Translations under genes and position numbers: made by a program
The notes under the pieces: model-generated
What the model was told of the DNA's origin: nothing
The model's input: the letters and a program-made list of their open reading frames with translations, nothing else
Databases searched by the model: none
From: Octopus vulgaris
Taxonomy: Eukaryota
DNA: 64,000 bases
Direction: 5' to 3'
Assembly: GCA_951406725.2 (NCBI GenBank)
Contig: OX597816.1
Location: forward strand, 104,594,001 to 104,658,000
Shown: in pieces, positions 40,562 to 54,000 of the stretch
Numbering within the stretch: the stretch's first letter is position 1
Layout: every line of letters starts with the position of its first letter

Positions 40562-40765
40562 GGTCACTGCCTGGAATCGAACTCGAAATCTCGGGGTTAG
40601 TAGCCCGCGCTCTGACACCTGATGAAGGCTAGAGGGTATATCAGCCGAAAAGTTATGTTAACAACAAACATGATGAGGACAAATATCCGTCAAATATAAG
40701 TAATGTAAATAATGTAAATAATGTACATAATTCCTCATATCATAACTATAGAACTATATACTCTT
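40318..40765. mobile_element. tRNA-head/(TAA)n/hammerhead composite with inverted duplication (copy B)
   Basis: Minus strand: tRNA 3' half 40612-40561, (TAA)~31, body with hammerhead 40436-40391; plus strand: second body copy 40613-40765. Confidence 0.85.
40613..40660 (+). ncRNA. Hammerhead ribozyme motif, slightly mutated
   Basis: TGACAC CTGATGA A GGCT...AGCC GAAA AGTT ATGTTA; core intact, one stem I and one stem III mismatch. Confidence 0.6.
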
Positions 40766-42053
40766 AGTCCAACTTTTCTCTTCATATTTCCTTCGCTCAC
40801 TTCTCATATTTATAAGGTATTATATATTTAGTATTTAGTGGAATATATGTTGGATGTGTATGTGTCTGACGTTCACGTGTTGGATGCATGCATACTGAAT
40901 ATGTGTATTTGTACGTGTTGAGACAGAGTTAGGAAAATCAAAGGCAAGAAATAGATGGCGATTGATGAGTAGTAAGACAAAGGCTCATGTATATGTCGTT
41001 ACAAAGCGATGCGGGTAAGAATGTGACCAACCGCAAAGCATACACGACATATCACATAACCACATAGTATAAAAAGTAATGTTATTTGGCCTGATACTTA
41101 ATACTTGTAATTTCATTTTGATATTTATAACTAACATCATTAAAGAAATTTATTAATATAATATATTAACGAAGGAAGATGAAGTAGAAATACTTCATTC
41201 TTAATATTAACACGCAGTGATTTGATAGAATCATTTTTATGTCACAATGAGTGGGAGAGTGTATAACCGATCAAATTAATCTATAAAATTTATACGTTAC
41301 CATAGCAATGTGAATGGCCTAGATTCTAAGCTATGCGTGGAAGATTACCTGAAGCACAGTGTGTATAAGGTGCTTCGTTTAATTCGGAGTACCTATGCAG
41401 GCGCACAAACATGTGAAAATATACACGCATATCTCCACTCACACAGATTCATACACACGCATACATGCATGCACACATACATGCATGTATGTACACACAT
41501 ACACGCGCGCGCACACACACAAACACACGCACACACAAACATATTTGTATGTGTAAGTGTTTGAATGTTGGTATATATGTGTGTGTTTATATATATACAT
41601 ATACATACATACATACCCTCATGCGCTCTCATAACTGATCTGTAGCGGATGCTTGTTTCTGACTGCTATGAATCAGACTGTGACTCTGCTAGTTCGAGAA
41701 CGCCAACATCTAGTTGCTAATTGCATCTATTTTCTGAAAGTATTGTTTTATTTTATTTTTTTTAGTTCAAACACACATACACTCTTCAGTAGTATTATCT
41801 AATTTCTACAATATACATACATGTATACACACACACACATACACGGACACTACTCACACACACACGTATATATATATATACATAATATATATATATATCC
41901 ATAGCAGGTATGTTTTCATGAGGCCATTTTTTAAAAATAGTAAATTTATGAAATGTATACAATTTACCTTTGCTAACCTTACTCCAAATGAAATGTACGC
42001 GGGTATAGATAGTTATCAATATATATGGCTTTCTATGCATATATATATGAGTA

Positions 42054-42101
<48 letters not shown>

Positions 42102-42789
42102 AGGAGAGAGAGAGAGAGAAAGGAAGAAATATGTGTATTATCGAAAAAGAGTGCACGCTAACTCATGTGCTTTAAACATATATATATTTATAATTTTAAT
42201 TTATATATCCATTGCTTATATTTATGCAAAATCCAGTCGGATCGTTTGGGCACTTTATATTAAACTGTCATAAATATTGCTGATTCTCATTGAATTATGC
42301 GTGAGACTCGTTGTCATTGGTCATTTGGGATTTTATGATGTAAACAGTCTCTCGGCCACTGGTGACTACAGCTGACGAGAAAGCAAAGTGGTGCGGTTGA
42401 TAGATGTCATGTCTCTTTCTTTCCTTCGAAACCAAGTACAATTTAAATATCAATAACACTTATGAAATAGTCTTAATCATATAATGGATTAAAATTATTC
42501 GCATTGCAGTCTGGCAATAGCGATTGGTTATTGATGTTATTCTAATAGTACAGAGGGAAGGGAAATGATAGCAATGATTTTTTTTATCTCGTAGCATCAT
42601 TTGGGTTCTTGTCCCATTTATATATAAGACTCCTATATGCCTATTCCATCAGCCAATCCTCCAATATATGCAAAAGAACCCCAATGACTGTATAGTTAAG
42701 AAGCATACTTTGCAATCACGCGATTTCAAGGTTAGTCTGACTGCGCGGCATCTTGGCCACGTGCCTTCTACTATAACCCGAGACGACCA

Positions 42790-43075
42790 GAACATTGTGA
42801 ATTTGGGAGATGGAAGTTGTGTGCAAAGCTGTTGTATGCGCGTGTGTTTGTGTGTATGTGTGTGTGTGTGTATGTGTGTGTGTGTGTGTGTATGAGAGAG
42901 AAGTATGATTGTCTTTTAGCATCGCTTGACAACTAGTGTTGGTTTATCTACGTCCCCGGTTCGTCAAAATAAACTGATAGAATAAGTATCAGAAATAAGA
43001 AATGGTACCAGTCTATTCGACGGTGTCTTGGCATAGCCAGATTCCATTAATTGAAACAAGTAAATGATAAAAGAT
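42790..43075 (+). mobile_element. SINE (family C) with internal (TG)n
   Basis: CATCGCTTGACAAC..GTGTTGGTTTATCTACGTCCCCG..TAGAATAAGTA..GAAACAAGTAAATGATAAAAGA tail. Confidence 0.65.
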
Positions 43076-43899
43076 ATATGTACACACACACACACGCACA
43101 CACACACATACATACACACACACACATACACACACAAACATACATACATTTATCAAAGTTTGTACGATTATGTACAGGTAAATATATTTGTCAATGAGAT
43201 TCCAGTATTATCTGAGTTTCACTTTTTTATGTTTTATAATTTTAGAAAATTGCATATTATATTTCCACAATCTAAAGTATTAAATGACAATCTACAGTAT
43301 TAATTTAGCTTTATTAAGCGACAGTTGCGTTTCAAAATTGCTATTTGAGCTTCACATTTGATAACTTGTATTCTCATAATATGCAATGTCGTAAAATTAT
43401 AAAACAGAAATATAAAAGCGTGTGATGTTGGAATCTCATTGACTAACATGTGTGTGTGAGAGAGTGTATTCATGTTTGACTCTTATCATTTGCTTGTATG
43501 CCTATGTGGACGCATGTATATGTATGGCTATGCACATTATTCACAAATTAAAGATTGAAACTGCAAATGAATTCCTTGAAGATATACTCCAATTGCGCTC
43601 GCTGGCTAGCACTATAATGGGCTTTGTTAATATGCAGTGCTAAAGTAAAAATTTCTAACGCGTTTGGTATATAGGTGAAACATAAACTGCTGCTTTCATC
43701 TAAAAGATCTCCTAACTAGCAAGTGAAATGGAAAGTTATATAGCTCAACGAAATAACTTCATATTGGAATCAATGCTGTTTTATAGGTTTTGTTGCTAAA
43801 AAGACTTCAGTAATTTCTTGTTTAATAACTACATTGTTTTGGTGTGACAACGCTGTGATATTCAGATCTACAATTATATCTGGTCTTTTTTATCGCTGT

Positions 43900-44860
43900 T
43901 CCATATCACGTCTTCTTTTCGGGATGGGTATGGAGTACCTGACTGGATTCGATCTTTATTATATACGTGAAGTTAATAATTTTCTCATGCAGTTGCATGT
44001 ATCTTGTGAATCAATGTTTGAATTTGTTCAAAAATATTCTGATTAACATTCTATTTGTATATTTAACCTTCATTATATGTTATGCTTCAATCATCATGGC
44101 TTAGTGCAACACTTCGTTTTAATATATGCTTCCGAAAATATTATACCTTATTTTACTTGTTTATTGAATCTTTTCTGGAGCAGGGACGATAGAATTCAGA
44201 GTAAGGCGTGTTTTTGTAACGATTTTGTCATGCACTTGGGCATCATATCATGCTCATTATCATGTTATGGCTCCAGTTGCCATCATATTTGTTTCGTGTT
44301 GGTAGCACTCTGTCATCTTCTATTATATCTATCTTTGTAAGCTAACTAAATGTTTCCAAGTTTAACAATAAGTAGTTTAATAACTACCTACACCTATGAG
44401 GAATGAACTATTGAGTGCATGTTAGCCAAGGCAGCAGCATTCTACTGGTGGTAGTATGTGAGCTGATCAATCATCCATCAGAAGTCCTGCGAAGTAATAA
44501 TATAAATTCAGTATAAATCACATGGGTTTTTGTTAAATGATTGCACCTTTTCCTACATATCCAAGAAAATTAGACTTAAATTTACGTCTCGAAATACAGC
44601 AAAATATCAGTGGTTGATTTGAGATAAGAAGTTCGTTAACGTCTTGTTTTTTCATGCATTTCATTTTTGAAATGGAGTATTCTAAACTGCTAACGGGGAC
44701 ATAAATGTTAAAAACTATTCTGAAATGAATCCTGTTTGATTTGCGTATTACTTGTTGACATTTACGCACGCTGTCATTGTGAATAACCACATTTGATTCT
44801 TTGGACACGGCCTTTCTTATAAAGGGTATCACAATGTATGTTGACATTTACACAGTTTCT
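43900..44860 (-). pseudogene. Ancient LINE (RTE-like) RT relic
   Basis: ORF 44533-44847 IPFIRKAVSKESNVVIH (cf. LP...LPESQCGFR) and GYVGKGAII (cf. GV.QG); weak. Confidence 0.3.
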
Positions 44861-47772
44861 CTGTTTCGCATATCAAGAACAGTTTCGTTTCATAAAATAT
44901 AACAATGTTGCATAGAGAATTATATAAAATATAGCCTGACAATGTTTCTAAAAAATATGCCAATAGATGGCGTGTCAACAAGGGAAACATTTTATTTCAT
45001 ATACATAACTTCTACAGAAATTGAATGCAGATAAATAGTGGTCTACTTCATCGTAAAGATTCATGAATGGAAACAAAACTGATTTACATTGAAAGATATT
45101 TAGAATCAATATCGCAGTAGAGAGCCTTATCAGGAAGAAGATAAGCATAGGCAATTTTCATGTATTTAATTTATATTTTATGTCCCGAAATGCGAAAAAT
45201 GAGATGCAACTGATCAATTTTCTGTAATGTCAAACTGCATATACCATTAGTGATTTTACGTCACAGATTTCATTTCGTTTTAAAAAATTTCTCCAGTCTC
45301 CTTTGGCAATCATGAAGAGAATGACGCTAAGACTAAATTCTGCTGTATGTAGTAATAACTATTAAATATGCCTTTTATACAAGCATTTTGTACAATAATA
45401 ATTTTCATAACGGTCAATATTTAAATCCAGTCTCTTACTCCAGATTTGTTATGAAATAGATAGATTATAAAAATATTGGAAGTTAAAATCAACCACATGT
45501 TTTTAATTTAATATATTAAAGTTACAAATATATTTGTAGTATATGACAGTGTTTTATGTGGAACGTATAAACAATATATAAGCAATATAATTTAAGCATC
45601 TATTAATATACAATTTTGATTCATAAATTATATTACGTTTTCCTATTTAAAAGTCACTTTTACACTAATTTTTAATTTGATACTGACGATCATGTGACTT
45701 GATTGCAGTGTAAAGAGAGAGATGCCCGATGATCACCCGTTGATTCAAGAGCTTCGCTTCCGGCTTGGGCTGCTACCATTGCTGTCCTGATGCCAGTCAC
45801 CGTCCGTGCATTCACATCCAATGGAAAATATGAAGAACAGTTTGCTGATGATCAACACATCACAGCTTGATACTACATCATTGGCAATGAGTTCAAAGTT
45901 TGCCAGGATAAGTAATATTCTTTTGTCTAAGGTCTTTGTGGCTACAAGTGAGGATCAAACTGAGCCAGGCTTTTTCTGAGGTGTATTTGTATATGTGCGA
46001 AATTTCTTTTATATTTACTGTGATTTAACTGATAACTCGTAAAGTGAAACAAAGACATTTATTTTTCACCAATATTCACTAAAAAGAATCAAGCATTTAT
46101 GGCTGGAAGGGGGCAACATATTTACCATTGTCTTTGCACGATAAAGAGTCTGCTGAAAAGTTTCATCCACTGCCTTTTTAAACCTACCAGGCATTGCTTT
46201 GATGCGTCACGTTTAGTGAGCAGCATCAAGTAATAGTTAAAAGTGAAATTTTTGGTAAAATGAAAAAATCATTTTTAGAAAGGTAACCTTCAAATGATTT
46301 GACCTGATAAAAAGGGTACTGTTCCTTTCTACATCGTATTGTTTTTTATTTTTGTGAGGGAGAGAGGAATACGGGGGATGCTAAATAGACATGCTGAACA
46401 ACATTTATGTTAGTTTGCATGTACGCATTTTTTTTTTACCTGTTCTGATACATAAAATGTATATATGCAGTCTTATATACATATATTTTTGTGTGTGCAT
46501 GTGTTTGGCTGTGGGTATGCATGTGTATGCTGTGTAAAAATCCAAGACATGTTTGGCTTCAATAATATTGCAATCATTGCCTCAAAAACCTTTCACGCTA
46601 ACATTTCCATGATTCAGGTAAATTCACAAAATGTTTCGTGTCAACAATCTTGACACTTTCTGAAACAGAAAAAATCCAGATATGCTTTTTTTTAAACTTA
46701 ATTGTAACGCTGTCTTTTGGTGTTTGGAAAATTTATAACCTTAACGCTTTATCTGCTGACTGAATACCGTTTCTAAGCTAATTGTTTAAATATAAATTAT
46801 TGCAATATAAACCTGTGATTATAATCATATCAAGTGCAGCGCACAAAGATCTGTCATTTACATTTTGTTATCAACGAGTCAGTTCGCATTAAGATCAGCC
46901 CTTTTTTTCATTTCCTTTATAACGTTCATCATATAATTCATATTTTTGTAAAACTTAAACAATCTCAAACATCCTTTAATAGACCTCATCCATCGAGGTT
47001 TCTTCTTCCATCAATACAAAAATTTATTGTGATCATATCAATGATCATAAATATATTATAACAAATATATATATCATAAGATGTCTTTTTGTAAAAAAAA
47101 ACAATTCATTTGCAATAAATTGTTTATCAATTGTAGAGAACAACTGATTTCTTTTGACAAAGTATAGAGTCTTAAGTTTAGGGTATATATATATATATAT
47201 ATATGAACTTTTCCTATCATACCGCTCTAAAGATTATTAACAGTAGAGGTGAACTAGTGCAATTTCAAAGAAAAATTGCAATCCGATATATTGTTTTACT
47301 CATCAAAGTTAACTTATTTCTTTAGCAATGCCTAAACGGGAAATCATACCCACAGCGCTAGGCTGTACTACACTGGAAGTGTTGGTTAGCATTATCTCCA
47401 TTCTCAAAGCTAAGGTGTATCAGTAGAAAATGATTTAATTATCAATGAACCAGTCCTCCTATATACTCTATATAGGTGCAAAAGTAATGGCCACTCGAAG
47501 GTTTTTAACAAACTATTTCAATAACATTCAGCGTAGTGAAAGGAAGTTCATTAACTTCATAAACATAACAAACATAATGAAAATTCAGTTATGTTTTCAT
47601 ATTAGTGTAACGGAAATGCTATTAATCCATCTCATATCTACAGTAACAAAGTGTATTAATATTCACATAGCATACAATTTCACAGAACACCCAACACATT
47701 ATTTACATACACGATTATGAGTCAGAAAGTAACGCAATTTATATTTGCATTATTCCCTGACATTATTCCCCG

Positions 47773-47776
<4 letters not shown>

Positions 47777-47806
<30 letters not shown>

Positions 47807-47807
47807 T

Positions 47808-47873
<66 letters not shown>

Positions 47874-47900
47874 CTACATATATATATATATATATAAAGA
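47777..47900. repeat. (TA)n microsatellite
   Basis: Direct reading. Confidence 0.95.
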
Positions 47901-48206
47901 TATATGTATATATGAACATATATATAAATATATGTATGTATATACATATATATTTACATATGTGTATGCGTCTATATATGGGTGTGTACATAGCTCTAGA
48001 AAATACATCATAGCGTCATAAAATCAAATCCGCCACATGGCTTCGATTTGTGGTTGTCGACATTCATAATTAGCAAAATTTACAAATAAAATGGATCGCA
48101 AAATGTAAGCAGTTCATAAGATGTTATTTCCCACCTAAAATGCACACTCTTTATACTTTGTCAGAAGAAACTAGAGTTACAAGTATTTCTATTGTATTTA
48201 TAATAA

Positions 48207-48415
48207 TGGTCTCAAATTTTGGCACAAGTCCAACAGTTTTCAGGCAGGGGGGAAAGTCGATTACATCGATGCCAGTAACCAACTGATACATATTTTATGA
48301 ATTCCGGAATGATGAAGGGCAATGCTGATCTCAGCACTTTCTGAAATCAGAACGTAAAGGAGTCAGGAGAAATGCCGTTAAACATTTGTCCGACACGCTA
48401 GCGCTTCTTCCAGTG
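48207..48415 (-). mobile_element. tRNA-derived SINE (family A)
   Basis: CAAATTTTGGCACAAG..GTCGATTACATCGA..CAGAACGTAAAG..GAAATGCCGTTAAACATTTGTCCGACACGCTA. Confidence 0.75.
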
Positions 48416-48417
48416 AT

Positions 48418-48988
48418 TATTATTATTATTATTATTATTGAGTGAGAGAGCAGTGCATGCCATCAAAGTGACACTGGGGTAAAATATACGAAGCCCAATA
48501 TACCCATCATGACTACCCGTCTGATAAGGGTACATTAGGCACATGCATCACAACCATATGTGCGCGACATGGTGATCTCATATTAAGATGAACAGCACAT
48601 GACCTTGCAGGTGGGGCCCAGTTAGAATTTTCTTCAGGTTGAGTAGCCCATCCCGCTCAAAAGGTCCCTGAATAAGGGTTGTTTAAGGATGTTGAAAGAA
48701 CCACCCATGTTTCCAGAGGTGAATTATTCAAACCCCAAAGAATCCCTCTCAACACATGGCTATGATGCTCCCCCACTACTTCTGCTCGTGATCAGAGATG
48801 CACATATCGTCAGCCACTAAGGGACATGCTCAACTGGTTAAGGTCAAACAACTGACAAGCAAATCTGTGGTATTGAGCAGAATATTTGCTGTAGCCCATC
48901 TTTTATACCAAGACAAAACAATGTACATGATAACACTTCCAATCAGTTAAGATCAGAAGCCATGAGAGCCACTGCCTGGTACTGCATC
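48418..48988 (-). mobile_element. Family B repeat, copy 2, embedded in (TAT)n
   Basis: Reverse complement begins GATGCAGTACCAGGCAGTGG like copy 1 and ends CTGCTCTCTCACTC(AAT)n. Confidence 0.9.
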
Positions 48989-49024
<36 letters not shown>

Positions 49025-49033
49025 CATTATTAT

Positions 49034-49066
<33 letters not shown>

Positions 49067-49074
49067 GTTAACCT

Positions 49075-49438
49075 TATATCAAGATAAAATAACGCATGAC
49101 CTTACTGGTGAGACCCAGTTAGTGATTTTGCAGATTAAATAACCCATCTCGCTCAAAAGGATCCTGAATAAGGTTTGTTTAAGGATGATGAACGAAACAC
49201 CAATATTATTCCTCTCAACACATGGTTTTGATACTCCCTTAATACTGCTGTTTGTGATCAGTGATGCACATGTCATCAGTCACTAAGGGACTCTTTCAAC
49301 TAGTTAAGGTCAGGTAACGGAAAGGAAATCTATGATATTGAGCAAAATATTTGTTGTAGTCCATCTTTTACACCAAGACAAAACAAATACATGTTAACAC
49401 TTCTAATCAATGAATATCAGAAGCTATGAGGGCCACTT
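49075..49438 (-). mobile_element. Family B repeat, copy 3 (older, truncated, internal deletion)
   Basis: Colinear with 48578-48975 (CCTGAATAAGG.TTGTTTAAGGATG, CCTCTCAACACATGG, CCAAGACAAAACAA). Confidence 0.85.
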
Positions 49439-49546
49439 CTACTCATTATCATTATCATTTAAAATGAAAAATTTATAGTTTGGTTCTGTATAATTCTTTT
49501 AACGTAATAAAACTTGTATTGTCGAGGAATTTTCAGAATCATATCA

Positions 49547-49738
49547 CTTGGCGGAATCGTTACCGCGCCGGTAACGATTTATTTCGACGTTGCCTTCTGA
49601 GTCCAAATAGTGCTCAAGTCGATCTTGCCTTTCATCCTTTCGGGGTCTATAAAATAAGTATTGGGTGAGCACTGAGCTGGGTGTAATTGACTTACCCCCT
49701 CTCAAGTAATTACCGGTCTTGTGACAAAATTTGCAGCT
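49547..49738 (+). mobile_element. tRNA-derived SINE (family A)
   Basis: TTGGCGGAATCGTT...TTCTGAGTCCAAAT...TTGCCTTTCATCCTTTCGGGGTCTATAAAATAAGTA. Confidence 0.8.
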
Positions 49739-50282
49739 AATATTAACTTGCAACATGTTAGACATAAAATGGGACTGAGGCCAATTCAAAATAATATCAA
49801 TATTGCCCTATGGATGTTTCGATTCAACTTTTTCTCGATATTCTCGTCCATTTAATATAGATTTAATTTCAGAAATATGGAGGTAGATATTTTTCTTTTT
49901 TTTAATTATTCTTTTCTTTGCTTTTGCAAGAATTTGTACGAATCCGATAGCTAGAGAGAGATAAATAGATGTTATTTCTGTTTCATGCTTCCGAGGGAAT
50001 ATATATTATGTGTGGGTGTGAGTGTATGTGTGTACATGTATGTATTTATGCATATATATATATTTATATATATATGTATATATGTATATGTATATATACA
50101 TTTATATATACACACACAGATATAAGTATAAATATTTACGCATATACACATACACTTATACATAAATATATTTATATCCAACTCGCTATTTCTATTTTCC
50201 TAAATATTCCGCTCCTCAGCCTCCTCTCCTGTTTAGCTTCTTTACTTGTAGGTGTCCGTCTTCATTTATGCCACTTTTATTT

Positions 50283-50308
50283 CACACACACACATCACAC
50301 ACACACAC

Positions 50309-50369
<61 letters not shown>

Positions 50370-50442
50370 CAGAAACACATGTATATAAAGATAGATAAAG
50401 AGATAGACAGATAGAAATATAAAGAGATATAGATATGTGCGC

Positions 50443-50539
<97 letters not shown>

Positions 50540-50708
50540 CGTACATACATACATACATATACATATAGTTCATATTTTCTAGATAAGCGTCTCACAACAA
50601 ATGTGAGACCTCACTGGAATCATTCAAAGATGCAGACAAGAATATATATAGATGCTTCTGTAGACAAATGTATATATACATATAATATATATGCATGCGC
50701 GCATGAGT

Positions 50709-50770
<62 letters not shown>
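50283..50770. repeat. (CA)/(TA)/(GT) microsatellite cluster
   Basis: Direct reading. Confidence 0.9.
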
Positions 50771-50774
<4 letters not shown>

Positions 50775-51041
50775 TCGTTAATGTCATCTTGTAGGTATAT
50801 TCTTGTCTGCATTTTTGTGTCATGTATGCATAGTGATATATTTTCCTATATTTTCGCTTTGAAGATATACGTAAATATACTGACAATTTAATGGAGCAAA
50901 TGAAGAATCGATTAAATACGATTACTGCAATATGCAGCGATTCTATTGTCCCAGCTAATTTGAAACACATGGAAGGTAAATACAAAGTCGGTAATGCATC
51001 TTCATTCTTTGTTTTCCTTACATATACATACATACATATAG

Positions 51042-51073
<32 letters not shown>

Positions 51074-54000
51074 GGAGAGAGAGGGAGAGAGAGGGAGAGA
51101 GAGAGATAAGTTTATACATACTATATATACATATATACATACACACATACACATACACACCTACATACACATACAAACATACATACACGTGTGTGTGTGT
51201 GTACAAATATAAGTTTATTTTAGCAGAAAAACGGTATATCTATTATCATGTTTTCGATATTTTGGGGCTGAATTATGGAGCCTCTTATGTTAATCGTAGA
51301 ATATATTATAGTAGTGAATGGCAGTAGAACTCGGTGGTTAACTTATCGTTGACATCATACTATGTCCACTTCTCTGAGAAGTGAATTGTAACTTATATAA
51401 TAAAGATTCCACTACGACTGTTTTTTAAAATCTTTACTGTGAATTTCAATTGTGAGGCATCCACATTCAATAGTACCAGTTTATCTGTCACAAATAGGTT
51501 AGAAGCATTCAGTTATTCTGCTGATTTTCTCTAAACCTTCCGCTGAAATTTTGCCTGCCATAGTAATGGACAACATTCAGGTTCCTGTCTCAATCCATTA
51601 AAAAGAAAATAACCAACTTTTTTTATTTACCGTCACTCCTACTAAAGAAGGGGCGAACATAAGCCACTTACAATTTAATTTACTCGTGTGATTCTAAATG
51701 CTAGAGGACTGTAATTGGCTTCAACGAAGCTGAGGTCAGTACATATGCGATAAACCTATCCTCTATATTTAACTACATAAGCGTTAATATATGCAATTGC
51801 CTAGATATGAATTTTTGTAAAATTTTAGGTGGTTTACTAAATATCCGTTTAAAACAAATCTCGTAATTTGCATACATGCAGATACTCAGAATGACATTTA
51901 AACGCCTCATTATCTAGTTATATTTCAAGATTAAATGAATATATTAAGAATGATAAATCCATGGTTTGTTTCAGGGACGCGAGTACATTTAATTGTATAT
52001 TGTAACGCTGTATTAATGATTTTAATACTCGACGGTATGAAATTCACTAATAGTTTAAGTGGATTCATCCTTTTATGAGATATTCACACTGTTTTAATTA
52101 AATACAGTTTCATTGTTTCCAAACAAAAAAGCTTACACAGTTCATGTGTTTGTGTTTTTGTTTGTGTGTGTGTGTGTGTGTGTTTATGTGTATGTGTGTA
52201 TGAATATGTGTGTGCGTTTGTGCCTGTAGGCGTGTGTGTGCCTGCACGTATGTGTGAGCATGTTTGTGCTGTGTGAGAGTATGGGTGTGAGTGTATCTGT
52301 GTATGTAAAAATCATGCACCTCGTAGGTGTGTGGTTTCCAGTTCCGGCCCACAAGCGCGACACACTGGACTAATATTTTCAATAATAGCCTACTATATTA
52401 CTATATATACATGTATATGCATAGACATACGTCCATATGTTTCATATCTAGTAGTCTATCTATCTATCTTTTACTATATTATGTATATATGTATATACAA
52501 ATATTTGTACTTGCATACACACCCACGCACGCCTGCGCGCGCAAGCACACAAATACATATCTACATGTACGTACTTATGTATGTGCAGTTCTGCATATAT
52601 AAACAAAGAGAAGATATAAGGAAGGGAAGTGGAAAGGATGTTGGGGATTGGAGGATTTTAAAAATTTCTATGCATGTTGTTATACTTTTGCAGGAAATTT
52701 CTTTTTAAGCCAAATTTTATGTTCGGTTTGCATGAGTTATCCCAACCAATGCGTCAGTCAGCACATCTCAGATGAATCAGCTACTCTATCAATTCAACCT
52801 CGAAAATGATTGATTTCACTAAATGTTAAACCTATAAAAATATCTCATATATCATGTCTTCTTGACCTAAAATGTTTAAAGACAGGTTCATGTATTTAGA
52901 ATTGCTATTTGTATTATATTTTACAGGTGCGCAACTTGATGCCCTATTTTATATATTTCAATAGATATACAATATCTACTAGTCTTTGATATGGACATCA
53001 TAATTTATGGAATAATATATATTCCTCTGTTATCATTAATTCCCCAGATACATGATACTACAAGAAGCAATACAGAAAATTAAATGTTCCGTTTTTTTTG
53101 TTTTGTATTTTTGCTTTTCCGTTCAAAATTTGATATTACTATATCCTTCTTAGAATGATCTCAAAATATAAGAAAATCTCATTGATGTTCCGTATCAAGC
53201 TTCTCTCAAAGAATATATATTCTGTTAATGCATTCTTATGCGATAATACTACCCGTCTATCTTCGAAGTAATCCTAAATGAATGCTATGTAGATCGTCTT
53301 TGACACTACATCGAACCATTTAGAGCTGTTTCTTCAATGAACAGTATCAATATGCAAAATGCTATTATCGATATAAATATTCTACATATTCTTAAAAACA
53401 GATTTATATATTTACATTTAAGTAACTTATAAGCATATGTTTTGATTTGATTGTCTTCCAAATGTCATTAGTCGTGATTCGCAGTTGATTGTGACATTTT
53501 GATTTGTATAGCTTTGCCTTTAAAACTGCTATTTCACTATTTCCTGGCCACTTTGTGCATAAAGATTTCAGAACTGTCCCACTCACCAGAAATTGTCTGT
53601 TCGAGAGAAATTATTTTTACCTTCCTACCATAATCAGTCCGACACGCTGTAGGTTTAGGTGATATTTTTATTTTAAGGCAGATAGAATATGAATGTTAAA
53701 TACTAATATTCATATCATTTTAAATCTTTAATTATATTTTGAAATTTCTTCTCAAAATCCGACCAGTTAAACTTGCATTCTTTACGATTGTTGAAACTTA
53801 GCGAAACGAAATAATTTGTCAAAGCCTAATAAAAGATATTTGATTACATCATTGAAGAGGCAAAGTAATATTAAATGTTGATATATTGTTACTTCATTGC
53901 ATTGCTTTATATTCTTTTTCGAAACATTCTAATACATCTCAATAAATGGCAGCGTGAAACTCAATTCATTCCACTAATATTACCATTTGTTTTTAACGAG

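Noticed and set aside
42370-42445. CTGACGA...GAAA hammerhead candidate
   Set aside because: Stem II imperfect and no stem I in any permutation
45716-45915. GC-richer block as a host exon
   Set aside because: Frames interrupted by stops and no clear splice sites; more like a LINE C-terminal relic, too weak to call
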